Assembly: GCA_965216755.1 (NCBI GenBank)
Contig: CBDCGL010000011.1
Coordinates: 4,256,001 to 4,320,000, forward strand
Length of the DNA stretch: 64,000 nucleotides
Source of the DNA: Alphaproteobacteria bacterium
GTDB taxonomy: Bacteria; Pseudomonadota; Alphaproteobacteria; UBA7887
Direction: 5' to 3'
The notes beneath the pieces were generated by a model, which saw nothing but the letters and a program-made list of their open reading frames with translations, made no database searches and was not told the DNA's origin. The first letter of the stretch is position 1, and every line of letters begins with the position of its first letter. The translations under genes were made by a program, and so were the position numbers. This document shows, piece by piece, positions 10,695 through 21,470 of this stretch.

Positions 10695-10962
10695 GGGCCC
10701 GCGCCTACCTCTTTGCCGCTCCGTCGAGGCCAGCCCCGAACATCGAGTGGCGCGACAAGATTGATGAAATTGCGAGCGGATCGTCGTTTCGGTTCACGCG
10801 AGACACTGTCATATTGCGGCTGTCGACGGCCGACTGTTGAGGGCGATTTGTTCGCGGCCCAGTGCCCGGCGGCGCGACGCGGCCAAGCGGGGCATATGGC
10901 GGCGCAGCCAAGGCACGCGTACGTGGCGATGACCTCGTTGGATTTTCGACACGCCTTGGAGT

Positions 10963-12075
10963 GTGAGGATGAACAATAGGTTGGCCGATATGAAGATTGT
11001 CTTCACGGGGGCCATAGCCCGGCCGGGCCAGCCCGCTGTTGGTGGCGTCGAGGCGAGCAATCGCGCGATTATCGACGCATTGGTCCACCGTGGTGTATCG
11101 GTCACCGAATTGCGCTACCCAACCCCCGATCGTCATGGCGGCATGGGCGCAAAGCTGGTGGCTTATGGTTTTGGCCTGCTTGCCGTCGCATGGCGCGAGA
11201 TTGTGACCGCGCCACGTTCGCAGTTGTTGCATGTGACCAGTCTTTATCGCCATTTCATCTATCCGGAGCTTGCTTATGTTTGTATCGGGCGCGTTCTCGG
11301 GAAACCGGTTTTCTTTCACATTCGAGGCGGCGACTGGCTGGAACAATATGGGAGACGAACCGGAATCTACCGGTGGGCGTGTGAACGTGCCCTGAAGTAC
11401 AGTCACTATGTTGCCGTTCAAGGCAAGGAAATAGTACCGTTTGTTGAAGAAAGAGAAGCAAAGTCATTTTATTTTCCAAATTTCGTCACGGTGCCGCCCC
11501 GTTTCAACCCCCGCCTTGAGCATCTGGGCGACACCATAAAGTTGGTTTATCTCGGCGCCTTACGGGAAGAAAAAGGTGTCGAGGTCGTGCTGCAAACACG
11601 GCGACAATTGGAGTTGTCCGGCAAAACTGCAACCGTGCGTTTGATCGGCGCCGGCGATGACGCGTATGTGGCCGGTCTCAGGGAGCGTTACGACGAAGCC
11701 AGCATCGAATGGCTGGGGGCGATCGACCACGACCGTGTCCGAGATGCCGTTGGCGGGTCGCATTTCTTCGTGTTTCCAACGCGTTGGCATGGCGAGGGAC
11801 AATCCAACGCTCTGACCGAATGTATGGCGGAGGGCGTGGTGCCGATTTGCAGCGACCATGGGTTCAACAAACGAATGGTGGCCGATGCCGGGACGGTTAT
11901 GGACAAATATGCCAGCGCCGAACAATATGCCGACGCGATCATCGACATTTGGGATCATGACCAGTGGCGTGCGCTGTCCGAGCTGTGCACAAAGCGCGTA
12001 CGCGACAGTTTTACCGCGGACGTTGTCATCGATCGTCTCATGTGCACCTATAAGGAGTTGGTTGACTCGCGGTAA
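10963..12075 (+). CDS. Glycosyltransferase family 4
   Basis: LVYLGALREEKGV and FVFPT..HGEGQSNALTECMAEG (EX7E motif). Confidence 0.88.
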   Translation: MRMNNRLADMKIVFTGAIARPGQPAVGGVEASNRAIIDALVHRGVSVTELRYPTPDRHGGMGAKLVAYGFGLLAVAWREIVTAPRSQLLHVTSLYRHFIYPELAYVCIGRVLGKPVFFHIRGGDWLEQYGRRTGIYRWACERALKYSHYVAVQGKEIVPFVEEREAKSFYFPNFVTVPPRFNPRLEHLGDTIKLVYLGALREEKGVEVVLQTRRQLELSGKTATVRLIGAGDDAYVAGLRERYDEASIEWLGAIDHDRVRDAVGGSHFFVFPTRWHGEGQSNALTECMAEGVVPICSDHGFNKRMVADAGTVMDKYASAEQYADAIIDIWDHDQWRALSELCTKRVRDSFTADVVIDRLMCTYKELVDSR

Positions 12076-13262
12076 CGCGATGCCATCGACGGCAAGGGAT
12101 TTCCCGCCAAGACACTGTGGTACAGCTTTAGATGCGCGCGCGCCATCGCCGTGAGGCTGTATTGTGCGTCGACCAAGTCGAACGCTCGCGCCCCACACGC
12201 TTCGGCCAAGCCTGGATTGGCCAGCATTTCGGTACAGGTCACCGCGGCTGCGGCGGCGTCGTCGAGCGGAAACAATCGACCCGTTTTGCTGTCATCGACG
12301 ATGTCATTGTGGCCGGGAATGTCGGTCGCAACGATGGGCAAAGCCCACGCCATGCCTTCCAAGAGCGCAAACGGCAGACCTTCCTCGCGCGACGCCGAAA
12401 TCATGACATCGGCCTTGCTCAGTCTTTCGCCGACATTCGTGACGGCACCGGCAAAGCGAACGACATCGGTCAGGCCGAGTGACCGTGCCTGGGCCTCGAA
12501 ACGCGCGCGATCAACACCATCCCCGAGAATGTCGAGCGTCGCGCGCGGATGTGACTCGTGGATCGCTTTCATGGCGTTGATCAGTGTCTCGACGCCTTTG
12601 CGCAGGTCCAATCGTCCGACAAACACCAGTGACGGTCCATCCGGATAATTGTTTTGCGCGCGCGCCAATCGCGCTGATCGTGACTCTTCAAGCTCTTCGG
12701 CCGAGGGTACGTCAACGCCGTTGGGGATCACTCGGACGTCGGCCTTGTCGATACCAAATTTGTGATAGAGCGAATCGCGTACGGACTCGGAGACAGCGAT
12801 ATTCTTGGCTGCGATCTTGATGCCATGCCGCAACATCTGCCGCCGGATCCAGCCGTATATCGGTCGGCCCTCCCCAGCCGCTTCCATCAGGTTTGTTGAG
12901 TGATGCGAGGCGACCATCGGGGGGCCACCCATGCGGTGCGCACGTGCCGCCCAAAACGTCGAGTCCGACATGTGTGCATGAATCAGGTCGACATCGTTCG
13001 CGGCGGCGATTTCGTGGACGCGTCGTGGAACCCTCGTCAGTCCGCGCAGCCCGATCACCGGACCAAAATTCAGAAGTGGTATATCCGCGTCGACAAACCG
13101 CGATTCGAGTGCGCCGCGTCGTCGCCACGGCAATACGATCGGCTGGCAGCCGAGCCCTTTCAATCCTTTCGACAGGCTCAGAACCGCCACCTGACCGCCG
13201 CCGATCTCGATTTCTCGAATGAGGAACAGCACCCGCAACGGTCGGTCGCGATCAGAAATCAT
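12048..13262 (-). CDS. Glycosyltransferase family 4
   Basis: IGGGQ, VIPNGVD, FVGRLDLRKG, SREEGLPFALLEGMA. Confidence 0.9.
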   Translation of the reverse strand: MISDRDRPLRVLFLIREIEIGGGQVAVLSLSKGLKGLGCQPIVLPWRRRGALESRFVDADIPLLNFGPVIGLRGLTRVPRRVHEIAAANDVDLIHAHMSDSTFWAARAHRMGGPPMVASHHSTNLMEAAGEGRPIYGWIRRQMLRHGIKIAAKNIAVSESVRDSLYHKFGIDKADVRVIPNGVDVPSAEELEESRSARLARAQNNYPDGPSLVFVGRLDLRKGVETLINAMKAIHESHPRATLDILGDGVDRARFEAQARSLGLTDVVRFAGAVTNVGERLSKADVMISASREEGLPFALLEGMAWALPIVATDIPGHNDIVDDSKTGRLFPLDDAAAAAVTCTEMLANPGLAEACGARAFDLVDAQYSLTAMARAHLKLYHSVLAGNPLPSMASRYRESTNSL

Positions 13263-13393
13263 CTCTGACCTCCGTGCTCAAGGTCGACGCCGCCCATTAT
13301 GCGCCCGCGTCAGTCTGTTTTCTTGCGATAAAGCGCATGGCGGCAACAAAACGCCACCGAAGCCGATCAACGGGCCATCGTCGGATCGGATTA

Positions 13394-14614
13394 TTACCGC
13401 CACAAAGAGCCATATGCCGCCAACAGATGCGGGACCTCATGCGGCCACGCCAGTTCATTCTCCACCCGCGCACGTCCAAATTCACCCATTGTCCGGCGCC
13501 GGTTCGGATCGTCCAATAACTCTAGAATCTTTTCGGCAAAATCGATCGCGTCGTCATGGCGCGCATAAAGCGACGCGTCGCGTGCCGAAAACCGTCCCTC
13601 GGTCATGTCGAATTGCACAACCGGCTTGGCCAGTGCCATGTATTCCATGATCTTGTTCATGGTGGATTTGTCGTTGAGGGCGTTGAACGAATCCGGATTG
13701 ACGCAAACATCTGCAGTGTTCAATACGGCGAGCAGTTCCTCGTCCGGCGCACGGCCGGTGAAATTGACATGATCCTGAAGTTTCAAATCATTTGCCAATG
13801 CAATCAGGGCATCAAGCTCAGGCCCCGAGCCGACCAGCGTGAAATGCACATCATCGCGGCCGAGGGTCTTGACGATATGTGCTGCCGCGCTGAGCAAGAG
13901 ATCGATACCTTCCTGCTGGCCCATCACACCGACATAGCCGACCAGGAAGGTTCGTCCGTGCTTGAGCGTCGGGTCGGGCGGCATGACCCGCATGCGGTCC
14001 AGGTTGGGACCAGAGCGCACAACAAACACTTGGTCTGCGCGTTTGCCGCCGCGCGTCGTCGCGATCTTTCTATAGGAATTGTTGGTGGCGATCACGGCGT
14101 CGGCTGTCCGAAACGTGCAGCGTTCGAACCAACACAACAGGCGATAAAAGAAATCGCGCCGCGCGAACTTCGCTTCGTAGAGCTCCGGCCCCAAGTCGTG
14201 CTGGTCGAATAGAAACTTCTTGCGAAAGAAAAGCTTAAAGAACCCACCGACCAAAAAGATTAGGTCTGGTGGGTTGCAGGCGTGGATGACATCGAATCCA
14301 CGCCGCCACAACACCACCCAGCTCAGATAGAACTCCCAGAACAAGGCGCTGGTATATTCCAGCAAGTAGCCGCGCGCGCCGCGCGCCTCCAAGGGCAGCG
14401 TGTGACGGTAAATGTGAATGCCGTCGATCACTTCGCGCCGCGCCTCGTGACCCTTACCGGTCGGGCAAATGACAGACACGTTATAGCCGGCCTGCTGCAA
14501 AGTGGTTGCTTCATGCCAGACCCGCCGATCGAACGGCACGGGCAGATTTTCGACGATGATCAGAACACGGCGTGGGCGCGGCACGGTCGAACGGTCACCA
14601 GTTGATGCCATCAT
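13394..14614 (-). CDS. Glycosyltransferase family 4 (WbuB-like)
   Basis: VLIIVENLPVPFDRRVW, HACNPPD, YVGVMGQQEG, STMNKIMEYMA. Confidence 0.9.
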   Translation of the reverse strand: MMASTGDRSTVPRPRRVLIIVENLPVPFDRRVWHEATTLQQAGYNVSVICPTGKGHEARREVIDGIHIYRHTLPLEARGARGYLLEYTSALFWEFYLSWVVLWRRGFDVIHACNPPDLIFLVGGFFKLFFRKKFLFDQHDLGPELYEAKFARRDFFYRLLCWFERCTFRTADAVIATNNSYRKIATTRGGKRADQVFVVRSGPNLDRMRVMPPDPTLKHGRTFLVGYVGVMGQQEGIDLLLSAAAHIVKTLGRDDVHFTLVGSGPELDALIALANDLKLQDHVNFTGRAPDEELLAVLNTADVCVNPDSFNALNDKSTMNKIMEYMALAKPVVQFDMTEGRFSARDASLYARHDDAIDFAEKILELLDDPNRRRTMGEFGRARVENELAWPHEVPHLLAAYGSLWR

Positions 14615-15923
14615 ACCGGTCTCCCAAATCGCCGCCGTCGGGCACCCGTACCATATCGATCAGGCTTTGATCGGCGTTGAGCCGAGACGCGGCCTGGTGG
14701 AAATCCGGGTCATTGTTGCCAATGACAATCACTTTGCCATGCGCGAGCACGTCGTCGATCGAATCGACCATCAAGTTCGAGATATGCGGAATGGTCTCCA
14801 GTATGTAGGCCTTGTTAGAGCCGACCAAGCGCGCCAGGCTCACATTCTTGTCATAAAGACGAAGGTCGTAGCCCTTGCCAATCAGCCGTTCGATCAGTTC
14901 GACCATCGGGCTTTCGCGCAAATCATCGGTACCGGCCTTGAAACTGAAACCCAATACGCCGATTTCCCGACTACCCGCCGCCATGACCATGCGCACAGCC
15001 CGCGCCACCTGTTCTTGATTGCTGGGCATCAAGCTGTTCAACAACGGCAAATTCAGGTCCAATGTGCGACCGGTATAGGTGATTGCACGCACATCTTTCG
15101 GCAGGCAAGAACCGCCAAAGGCGAACCCCGGCTTCAGGTAATACGGAGACAGGTTCAGCTTGGTGTCTTGGCAGAATATTTCCATGACGTGGTGGCTGTC
15201 GATGTCCAGCGCCTTGCAGATATTGCCGATTTCGTTGCCAAAGCCAACTTTGACCGCATGCCAGGCATTGTCGGCATATTTGATCATTTCCGCCACCTCA
15301 TGCGGAGTGATGAACACCGGCGCGTCGATGCCATGATAAAGCGCGGCGACGCGCGCGCCGGTTTCTTCATCGCTGGCGCCGATGACCGTCTTGGGCGGGT
15401 TTGTGAAATCATAGACGGCCGTGCCTTCGCGCAGAAACTCAGGGTTGTTGGCAACGCCGAAGTCCACTCCGGCGCGTTTGCCGCTATGCGCCTCCAAGGT
15501 GGGACGGACCAAATCCCGCATGGTGCCCGGCAAAATCGTCGAACGTACGACAACGACGTGATGGCCTGATTTGTCGCGCAAGGCCTGTCCGATCTCTTCG
15601 CACACCTTGCCGACGGCGGCGACGTCAAGGCTGCCGTTCGGACGGCTGGGCGTGCCGACGCAAATAATCGAAACATCCGAATTGGCGACGGCGTCAGCGG
15701 CCGACTGGGTGGCGCGCAAGCGGCCGGCCTGACCGGCTTCTTGGACCAGCGTTTCCAAATCCTTCTCGATGATTGGCGCCCGTTGCGCGTTAATCAGGTC
15801 GACCTTGGCGGCTTGTGCGTCGACACCGATCACGCTGTGGCCCATGCGCGCAAAACATGCAGCGGAAACGCTGCCGACATAGCCGAGGCCAAAAATACTG
15901 ATACGGGTTGTGGAGTCGGGCAT
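14595..15923 (-). CDS. algD: GDP-mannose 6-dehydrogenase (AlgD-like; UDP-Glc/GDP-Man dehydrogenase family)
   Basis: ISIFGLGYVG, CVGTPS, NPEFLREG, KLNLSPYYLKPGFAFGGSCLPKD, FKAGTDDLRESP, C-terminal GINW; closely follows Pseudomonas AlgD as I recall it. Confidence 0.85.
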   Translation of the reverse strand: MPDSTTRISIFGLGYVGSVSAACFARMGHSVIGVDAQAAKVDLINAQRAPIIEKDLETLVQEAGQAGRLRATQSAADAVANSDVSIICVGTPSRPNGSLDVAAVGKVCEEIGQALRDKSGHHVVVVRSTILPGTMRDLVRPTLEAHSGKRAGVDFGVANNPEFLREGTAVYDFTNPPKTVIGASDEETGARVAALYHGIDAPVFITPHEVAEMIKYADNAWHAVKVGFGNEIGNICKALDIDSHHVMEIFCQDTKLNLSPYYLKPGFAFGGSCLPKDVRAITYTGRTLDLNLPLLNSLMPSNQEQVARAVRMVMAAGSREIGVLGFSFKAGTDDLRESPMVELIERLIGKGYDLRLYDKNVSLARLVGSNKAYILETIPHISNLMVDSIDDVLAHGKVIVIGNNDPDFHQAASRLNADQSLIDMVRVPDGGDLGDRYDGINW

Positions 15924-16154
15924 GGCTCGCTGTGACTTATCGGACGATGGGGTGGGCACCCACGTTCATGGCGGGCGAGAAGAACAGCCTTCCCCTACCT
16001 GATTTAACGTAGTCGCTGCCGTCGGCAAGGCGTGAGGCGCCGCACAATGAAACAACTGCGCCGCCGCACTCTGGCGCCATTGCCTTCGTCACGCAAGGGA
16101 GCCGGCGCGAAATTGCCGTGTTGGTGGATGAACGCACAGGCCACTTTTGGCTCA

Positions 16155-18200
16155 TCACTTGATTTCGAAGCGTGTTTCCAAGATCGCCGGCGCCACGAGC
16201 TGACAGCGGCCACGCAGGGTTGTGGCCGGCTCGCGGTATCCTAGCGCTCCAGAGTACCAGCCCAATGGCGCCGATTCGTCGCCGCGCACGATGTCCCATT
16301 GCCAGTGACCATCGACCGTGATGGTCATCAGCGAGCCGGTATCCGCGTCGACCGCCGACCAGGTCGGATGATTGGCGCCGCCGGTGCCCGTGTCGCGCGC
16401 GGACAGCACAAGGTGTGGGGCAAAATGAAAGTGTAAGGCGCAGTCATGGGGCACCGTTGCGGCTTGGTTGCCTGGTACACAGTCGATTCGGTCGCGAACG
16501 ACCAAGCACCTCTGCTCGCTATCTATCTCTACCGTTCGGTCGTGGACAACGCCCAGAGCCATGTACCCGTCGTGGCTGCCGCGTGCCCATTGGCTGCCAT
16601 CGTCTTCGAGCGCCCATTCGCGCAGCCGGGCCTTGGCGTGACGCAGCCACAAAAACGGACCGCCGATCAACGACTGGTCGTGATCGTCGACCGTGAGCGT
16701 GTTGTGGGCGCGCGTGCCGCGGAAATAGGATCGCCAGACCGGGTCTGAATGGTAGGCGAAGGTGCCCGGGTCGACCAACCACCAGGCACCGTCCACGGCC
16801 AGGCACAGGCTAAGGGCGTCGGCGTGGCCATGGGCGGCGATCGACGGGTAGCCGAGGGGGCCAGCGTCAAACACGAGGTGAAACTTCGGATCGCCGAGCA
16901 CCGCATAGCCGCCCTCAGGAAAGATCCGCGGATATGTGACGTCGGCCGATGCCGACCCGCCATCGCGGTTGGCGCCTGCGGGGACCGCCATGCGATACCA
17001 GTACGCTTTTTCGCCAATTGCCCGCGCATCGTCAGGTGGGTCGTCGCCGAACACGGCGTCGACCGCTTCCAAGACTTGGCCGTACGGATCCGTCGGCCAA
17101 CGTGCATCGAACCGGGTGACGAAGCCGTCGTCGGCGTCGCCAATCTGCGGTGGCGTACCTCCAGGTGGGGCGATTGCGCGCAGGAATGCTGCCATTGCCA
17201 ATATGCGATTGCGGAACGCGGCCGAGAAGGGTCTCGCGCAGGATTCACCGACGATCCAGGCGACCAAGAAATACTCTAAGACCCACAGATGATAATACGC
17301 CGCTTGCTCTTTGTTGACGCCGTCGGCAAAGACTTGAGCCGCGGCTTCGCGTTCCAATTCGCGTTGCGCGCGCCGCGCCCAGCGCGCGCCCCAGGCACCC
17401 ATATCGAAGGTGCAGGTGGCTACCCAAATACCGGTTAGCTCGCCGATGAGGTGGTTGTTTGCCGATGAATGTCGAGACAAAAAGCGGCTGATAAAATGCG
17501 TTTGTTGGTAAATCGCCGTTCCAAAACGCTGTTGATTGCGCATCGCCGGAAATATGCCGTCGGTGCCGTCGCGAACCGCGATCAACGCTTGGATGAATGA
17601 CCAAGCAATCAGTCGCAATGCCGGTTCCAAAGCGCTGCACCAATGCACGCCGAGGCCATAGGGATTGGCCAGGCACCAGCCATCGATCTGTTCGGCGACC
17701 GCGTCGCGGTAACGGGAGTCACCGCTATGGGCATAGGCGGCGGCCAGCGGTATCAAATGCTGATGGCGGCCCAGCTCCCACAGCACCTTGATGTCGCCGA
17801 CCAGCCGGTCATCGCGATAGTTGATGGTCTTGCCAAAGCTCAGAGGCGCGCGCAGACCGGTTTTCGGATCGCGGTGCCAGTCTACCGGATGACCGACTTC
17901 AAGTGGCGCGTTGCCGAAAAAATCAATCCGCCCGGCAGCGATATCCGCGAGGCCCGGCGCATCAATTGTATAGGCGGCCAACCTCTTGGCCTGCCACCCG
18001 TTCGGCGGATCGAACATGGACTGGCCAGGTTGGACAGGTCGCGATGGTCGCGGTTGTCGTTCAAGCCCGACCATGGTTTGTTCCACGCGCTGATCAACGG
18101 CGCGCCACAGTCGGTGCACGACTTCGCCCGCGCTCATTGCGCGCAGGCGGTTCAATTTCCAAGAAAGTCCGCTCAACCGACCAGATACTGACGATGCCAT
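16155..18200 (-). CDS. Heparinase II/III-like protein
   Basis: DIKVLWELGRHQHL, SSANNHLIGE, EQAAYYH, AAHGHADALS, VDPGTFAY, AHNTLTVD. Start uncertain (18224/18200/18137). Confidence 0.85.
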   Translation of the reverse strand: MASSVSGRLSGLSWKLNRLRAMSAGEVVHRLWRAVDQRVEQTMVGLERQPRPSRPVQPGQSMFDPPNGWQAKRLAAYTIDAPGLADIAAGRIDFFGNAPLEVGHPVDWHRDPKTGLRAPLSFGKTINYRDDRLVGDIKVLWELGRHQHLIPLAAAYAHSGDSRYRDAVAEQIDGWCLANPYGLGVHWCSALEPALRLIAWSFIQALIAVRDGTDGIFPAMRNQQRFGTAIYQQTHFISRFLSRHSSANNHLIGELTGIWVATCTFDMGAWGARWARRAQRELEREAAAQVFADGVNKEQAAYYHLWVLEYFLVAWIVGESCARPFSAAFRNRILAMAAFLRAIAPPGGTPPQIGDADDGFVTRFDARWPTDPYGQVLEAVDAVFGDDPPDDARAIGEKAYWYRMAVPAGANRDGGSASADVTYPRIFPEGGYAVLGDPKFHLVFDAGPLGYPSIAAHGHADALSLCLAVDGAWWLVDPGTFAYHSDPVWRSYFRGTRAHNTLTVDDHDQSLIGGPFLWLRHAKARLREWALEDDGSQWARGSHDGYMALGVVHDRTVEIDSEQRCLVVRDRIDCVPGNQAATVPHDCALHFHFAPHLVLSARDTGTGGANHPTWSAVDADTGSLMTITVDGHWQWDIVRGDESAPLGWYSGALGYREPATTLRGRCQLVAPAILETRFEIK

Positions 18201-20065
18201 AATTCCAACGTGAGCAGGCTCCACAACAGTTTTTCGTGGTTCTGACGTCCGTCGACATGCGCGCGCAGGATGTTGTTGAGCGCATCGGAATCATAGAATG
18301 CACGGGTTTTCGACTCGGCACCGGTCAGGTGGTCGTACAGATAATCGCGCATGGTGCCACGGAACCATTCATTGACGGGCACGCGGAAGCCAACTTTTGG
18401 TCGCTCGAGTATGGCAGCCGGCAAGATCTGTTTCATGGTCTGACGAAACAGCCATTTGGTCTGCATTCCGCGGACTCGGAAATGATCGGGTAGAGTCGAA
18501 AGATAGCCCGCGATTTCGTGATCGACGAATGGCATTCGTGCTTCCAACGATGCTGCCATCGTCACGCGGTCGCCGCGCTCAAGCAGATTGTCCGGTAGCC
18601 AGCTGGTCTGATCGAAATAGAGAATTTTGCGTAGCGGACTGCTCGTACAGGGCGGCGACAAGTGCCAAGGCTGTTCTGCCGATTCGACTGGCGGCGCGAA
18701 GGCCGTCAGGTGCGCACGCGCGTGCGGTGTCAGAGCGCCAAACCAGCGCGGCATGCGGGCGGTCCAATCATCCAAACCAAGGTTGGTCGCGGCAGTCTTG
18801 GCGCGACGAAAGCGATAGGGCAGGGCCTGTACCAAGGGTTCGACCAGATGACGGCGCAGACCACCCGGGATGAGCTGATACCAGGGGGTGAAACGTTCGT
18901 AGACATGTTTGGGGTAGCCGCCGAAAAACTCATCGCCGCCTTCGCCGGTCAAAACCATCTTGACCGTGCGGCGCGCTTCCTTGGAAAGCAGGAAGATCGG
19001 AATATCCGACGGCTCGGCGACCGGCGCGTCGCGGTGCCAGATCATGCGCGGCAAGTCGTCCATGAGATGATCGGACGACACCACCAGTTCGTGGTGGTCG
19101 GTTTTGAACAGCTCCGCCGCCATGCGCGCATAAGCTAACTCACTATAAGCGGCTTCGGAGAAACCCACAGAATAGGTTTTGATGGGCAGGCTGCTGTGGC
19201 GGCTCATCAACGCGACCACGGCCGACGAATCGATGCCGCCGGATAGAAATGCGCCAAACGGCACATCGCTGACCATGCGCGCTTGTACCGAATCCTCGAT
19301 CAACGCCGACATCTTGGCGATCGGCGACGGATCCACCGCGGACCGATCATACGGCGCCCGGTCAGGTGGCGTGTAGTAGCGGTTGTCAGGCCCCAACCGA
19401 CCATTTTCCCAAATCCGCCAGCAACCCGGCGCGAGCTTGGTGATTCCTTTGAACATGGTGCGCGGACCAGGCACATAGCGGTAGGCGAGATAGTCCCAGA
19501 CCGCGTCCATATCGACGCGCGCAGTCACCACCGACAAAGTCAGCAGCGCTTTAATTTCTGATCCAAAGGCCAGCTGGTCGTCGCTTGCAAAAACAAACAA
19601 AGGTTTTTTGCCAAAGCGATCGCGGGCCAAAAAAAGCCGCTGCCTTTTTGCATCCCAAATTGCGAAGGCGAACATGCCACGCAGGCGCTGGACACACGCC
19701 TCACCGAATTCCTCGTAGGCGTGAACGATGGTCTCCGTATCTGACGCGGTTTTGAACCGATGGCCACGCGTGATTAGCTCATCACGCAACGCTTTGAAAT
19801 TGTAGATCTCGCCATTGAAGATGATGTGGATTGTGCCGTCCTCGTTGGTCATCGGCTGCTGGCCGGTGTCCAGATCGATGATCGACAGACGCCGATGGCC
19901 CAAGGCGACGACCCGTCGACCATCGGCGGTGCGGGTCACAAAAGTACTGCTGTCGTCCGGGCCACGATGGGCGATAGCATCGGCCATGGCCGTAACGGCG
20001 GCCTGAGCGCCGTGTGGGCCACCGGCAGCGTCGCCGTGCATAATGAAGCCCGCGATCCCACACAT
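18173..20065 (-). CDS. asnB: Asparagine synthase-like glutamine amidotransferase (copy 2)
   Basis: MCGIAG, HRGPDD, HRRLSIID, NGEIYN, LSGGIDSS, TGEGGDE, SLEARMPF. Confidence 0.93.
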   Translation of the reverse strand: MCGIAGFIMHGDAAGGPHGAQAAVTAMADAIAHRGPDDSSTFVTRTADGRRVVALGHRRLSIIDLDTGQQPMTNEDGTIHIIFNGEIYNFKALRDELITRGHRFKTASDTETIVHAYEEFGEACVQRLRGMFAFAIWDAKRQRLFLARDRFGKKPLFVFASDDQLAFGSEIKALLTLSVVTARVDMDAVWDYLAYRYVPGPRTMFKGITKLAPGCWRIWENGRLGPDNRYYTPPDRAPYDRSAVDPSPIAKMSALIEDSVQARMVSDVPFGAFLSGGIDSSAVVALMSRHSSLPIKTYSVGFSEAAYSELAYARMAAELFKTDHHELVVSSDHLMDDLPRMIWHRDAPVAEPSDIPIFLLSKEARRTVKMVLTGEGGDEFFGGYPKHVYERFTPWYQLIPGGLRRHLVEPLVQALPYRFRRAKTAATNLGLDDWTARMPRWFGALTPHARAHLTAFAPPVESAEQPWHLSPPCTSSPLRKILYFDQTSWLPDNLLERGDRVTMAASLEARMPFVDHEIAGYLSTLPDHFRVRGMQTKWLFRQTMKQILPAAILERPKVGFRVPVNEWFRGTMRDYLYDHLTGAESKTRAFYDSDALNNILRAHVDGRQNHEKLLWSLLTLELWHRQYLVG

Positions 20066-20121
20066 GGGCTAGGCCGCCCCCAGAGGCCGAACATGGCCGC
20101 CCATCGCCGAATTGGCGTGCT

Positions 20122-21186
20122 TCATTGGGCGGATAACCCGCCCGCCATTGCGGTGGCCTGGTTGACCAACGCCTCGACGGTGGGCAGCAGACCGGTGGTC
20201 ATCATCTGGTGAGCCTGGGCATTGGGGTGACCGTCTTTCGGCACGCGCAGGCTTTGCTCGGAAGCGCGGTCGCCGGCTGGATGGACCTCGATAAATGCAA
20301 GCTCAGGAAACTCGGCGCGCATAATTTGGGCGAGCGTCTGGGTCATGGGGCTGGCCGAAAGGTCGAGACAGGCCACCAAATGGGGCCGGTCACCGACTAT
20401 GTCGCGAAATTTGGCGATTGTTTGGCGAAACGTTTGAAGACGTGGATCGTCGTCGGAAACCTCTGGTGCACGCCCGACCTGGGCGCGGGCGCCAACATAG
20501 CGAAACCGCCGCAGATGTGTCTCCTTGCCGACGATGGCCAGATGCGATTTGCGCAGACCGGCGCGAAAAACGTCCATGGCCCAAGACGGCGGACCAAATG
20601 TGGTTTTGGTCAAATAGCCGAATCGGTCGACGCGATTGTTCGCCCGCTCAGGATTAAGGTCATGGGAGATGAACGCCAGCAACACGATATCGGCGTCGAT
20701 CTCTGGCAAACGGTCCTGCAGATGGGCCACTTCCATGGGCAGGGAGTGACCCGGCACGCCAAAGTTGAGCACCGCGATATTGTGGCCAGCATCCCCCAAG
20801 GCATACTCAAGCTGTGCCGGGAATCCTTCTTCGGCCGCGATTGATTGGCCGAAAGTGACCGAATCACCAAATACAGCGATCGTCGTTCTGGGCGCCGTCG
20901 GGTCTATCGTGGCCGCATATGGCGTGTGCAGACGATTGCCGAACGGCCCCGTTTCCGTCCAGGTGGGACCCTTGAGCCGGCCTTGATAGTTCGACTTGAG
21001 GACCCAATAGCTGTCTTGGCCGGCGGCCTCGAAGGCGGCTTCTGTGTACAAATGATCGGCCAAGCCAAGGACCCGGACGGCGACCTCCAACAAGGCAAAT
21101 GTGACGATGGCGATGATCGCCGCCGACCGCAAAAACGAAAAAATCCTTCTAAATGCGGACTTTCCTGAGGTCTTGCCGTCGTTCAT
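20122..21186 (-). CDS. Membrane-anchored SGNH/GDSL hydrolase-family protein (copy 1)
   Basis: N-terminal TM (AIIAIVTFALLEVAVR), block I FGDSVTFG, block II NFGVPG, block V DGHPN. Confidence 0.8.
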   Translation of the reverse strand: MNDGKTSGKSAFRRIFSFLRSAAIIAIVTFALLEVAVRVLGLADHLYTEAAFEAAGQDSYWVLKSNYQGRLKGPTWTETGPFGNRLHTPYAATIDPTAPRTTIAVFGDSVTFGQSIAAEEGFPAQLEYALGDAGHNIAVLNFGVPGHSLPMEVAHLQDRLPEIDADIVLLAFISHDLNPERANNRVDRFGYLTKTTFGPPSWAMDVFRAGLRKSHLAIVGKETHLRRFRYVGARAQVGRAPEVSDDDPRLQTFRQTIAKFRDIVGDRPHLVACLDLSASPMTQTLAQIMRAEFPELAFIEVHPAGDRASEQSLRVPKDGHPNAQAHQMMTTGLLPTVEALVNQATAMAGGLSAQ

Positions 21187-21470
21187 AAAGTTCCCCTGAT
21201 CGACCCGGCCCGCGATCAAACATGGCCGTGCCAGTTTCGGCTATATAATGTGGTGTGCCGCCGTCATTGAATCCCGCCGCGCCCCGCGCATTTTTTCGCG
21301 GGCAGAAATCGTGGCACCGTCTGACCATGTCGGTCGCGCGCCGTCATTCCCTGCCGCTGGAAAAGGCGGGCATTCGCGGGATGCGTGATACATTAATGCA
21401 TGATTGCATAACATCCCGTTGACGATGATCGCAGCGGCAGAGAAATCGGAACAAAACCCGCCATCGGTCA

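Noticed and set aside
14595-18200. Alginate operon (algD plus a lyase-like gene)
   Set aside because: No alg8, alg44, algK, algE or algG; the context is Wzx/Wzy-dependent.
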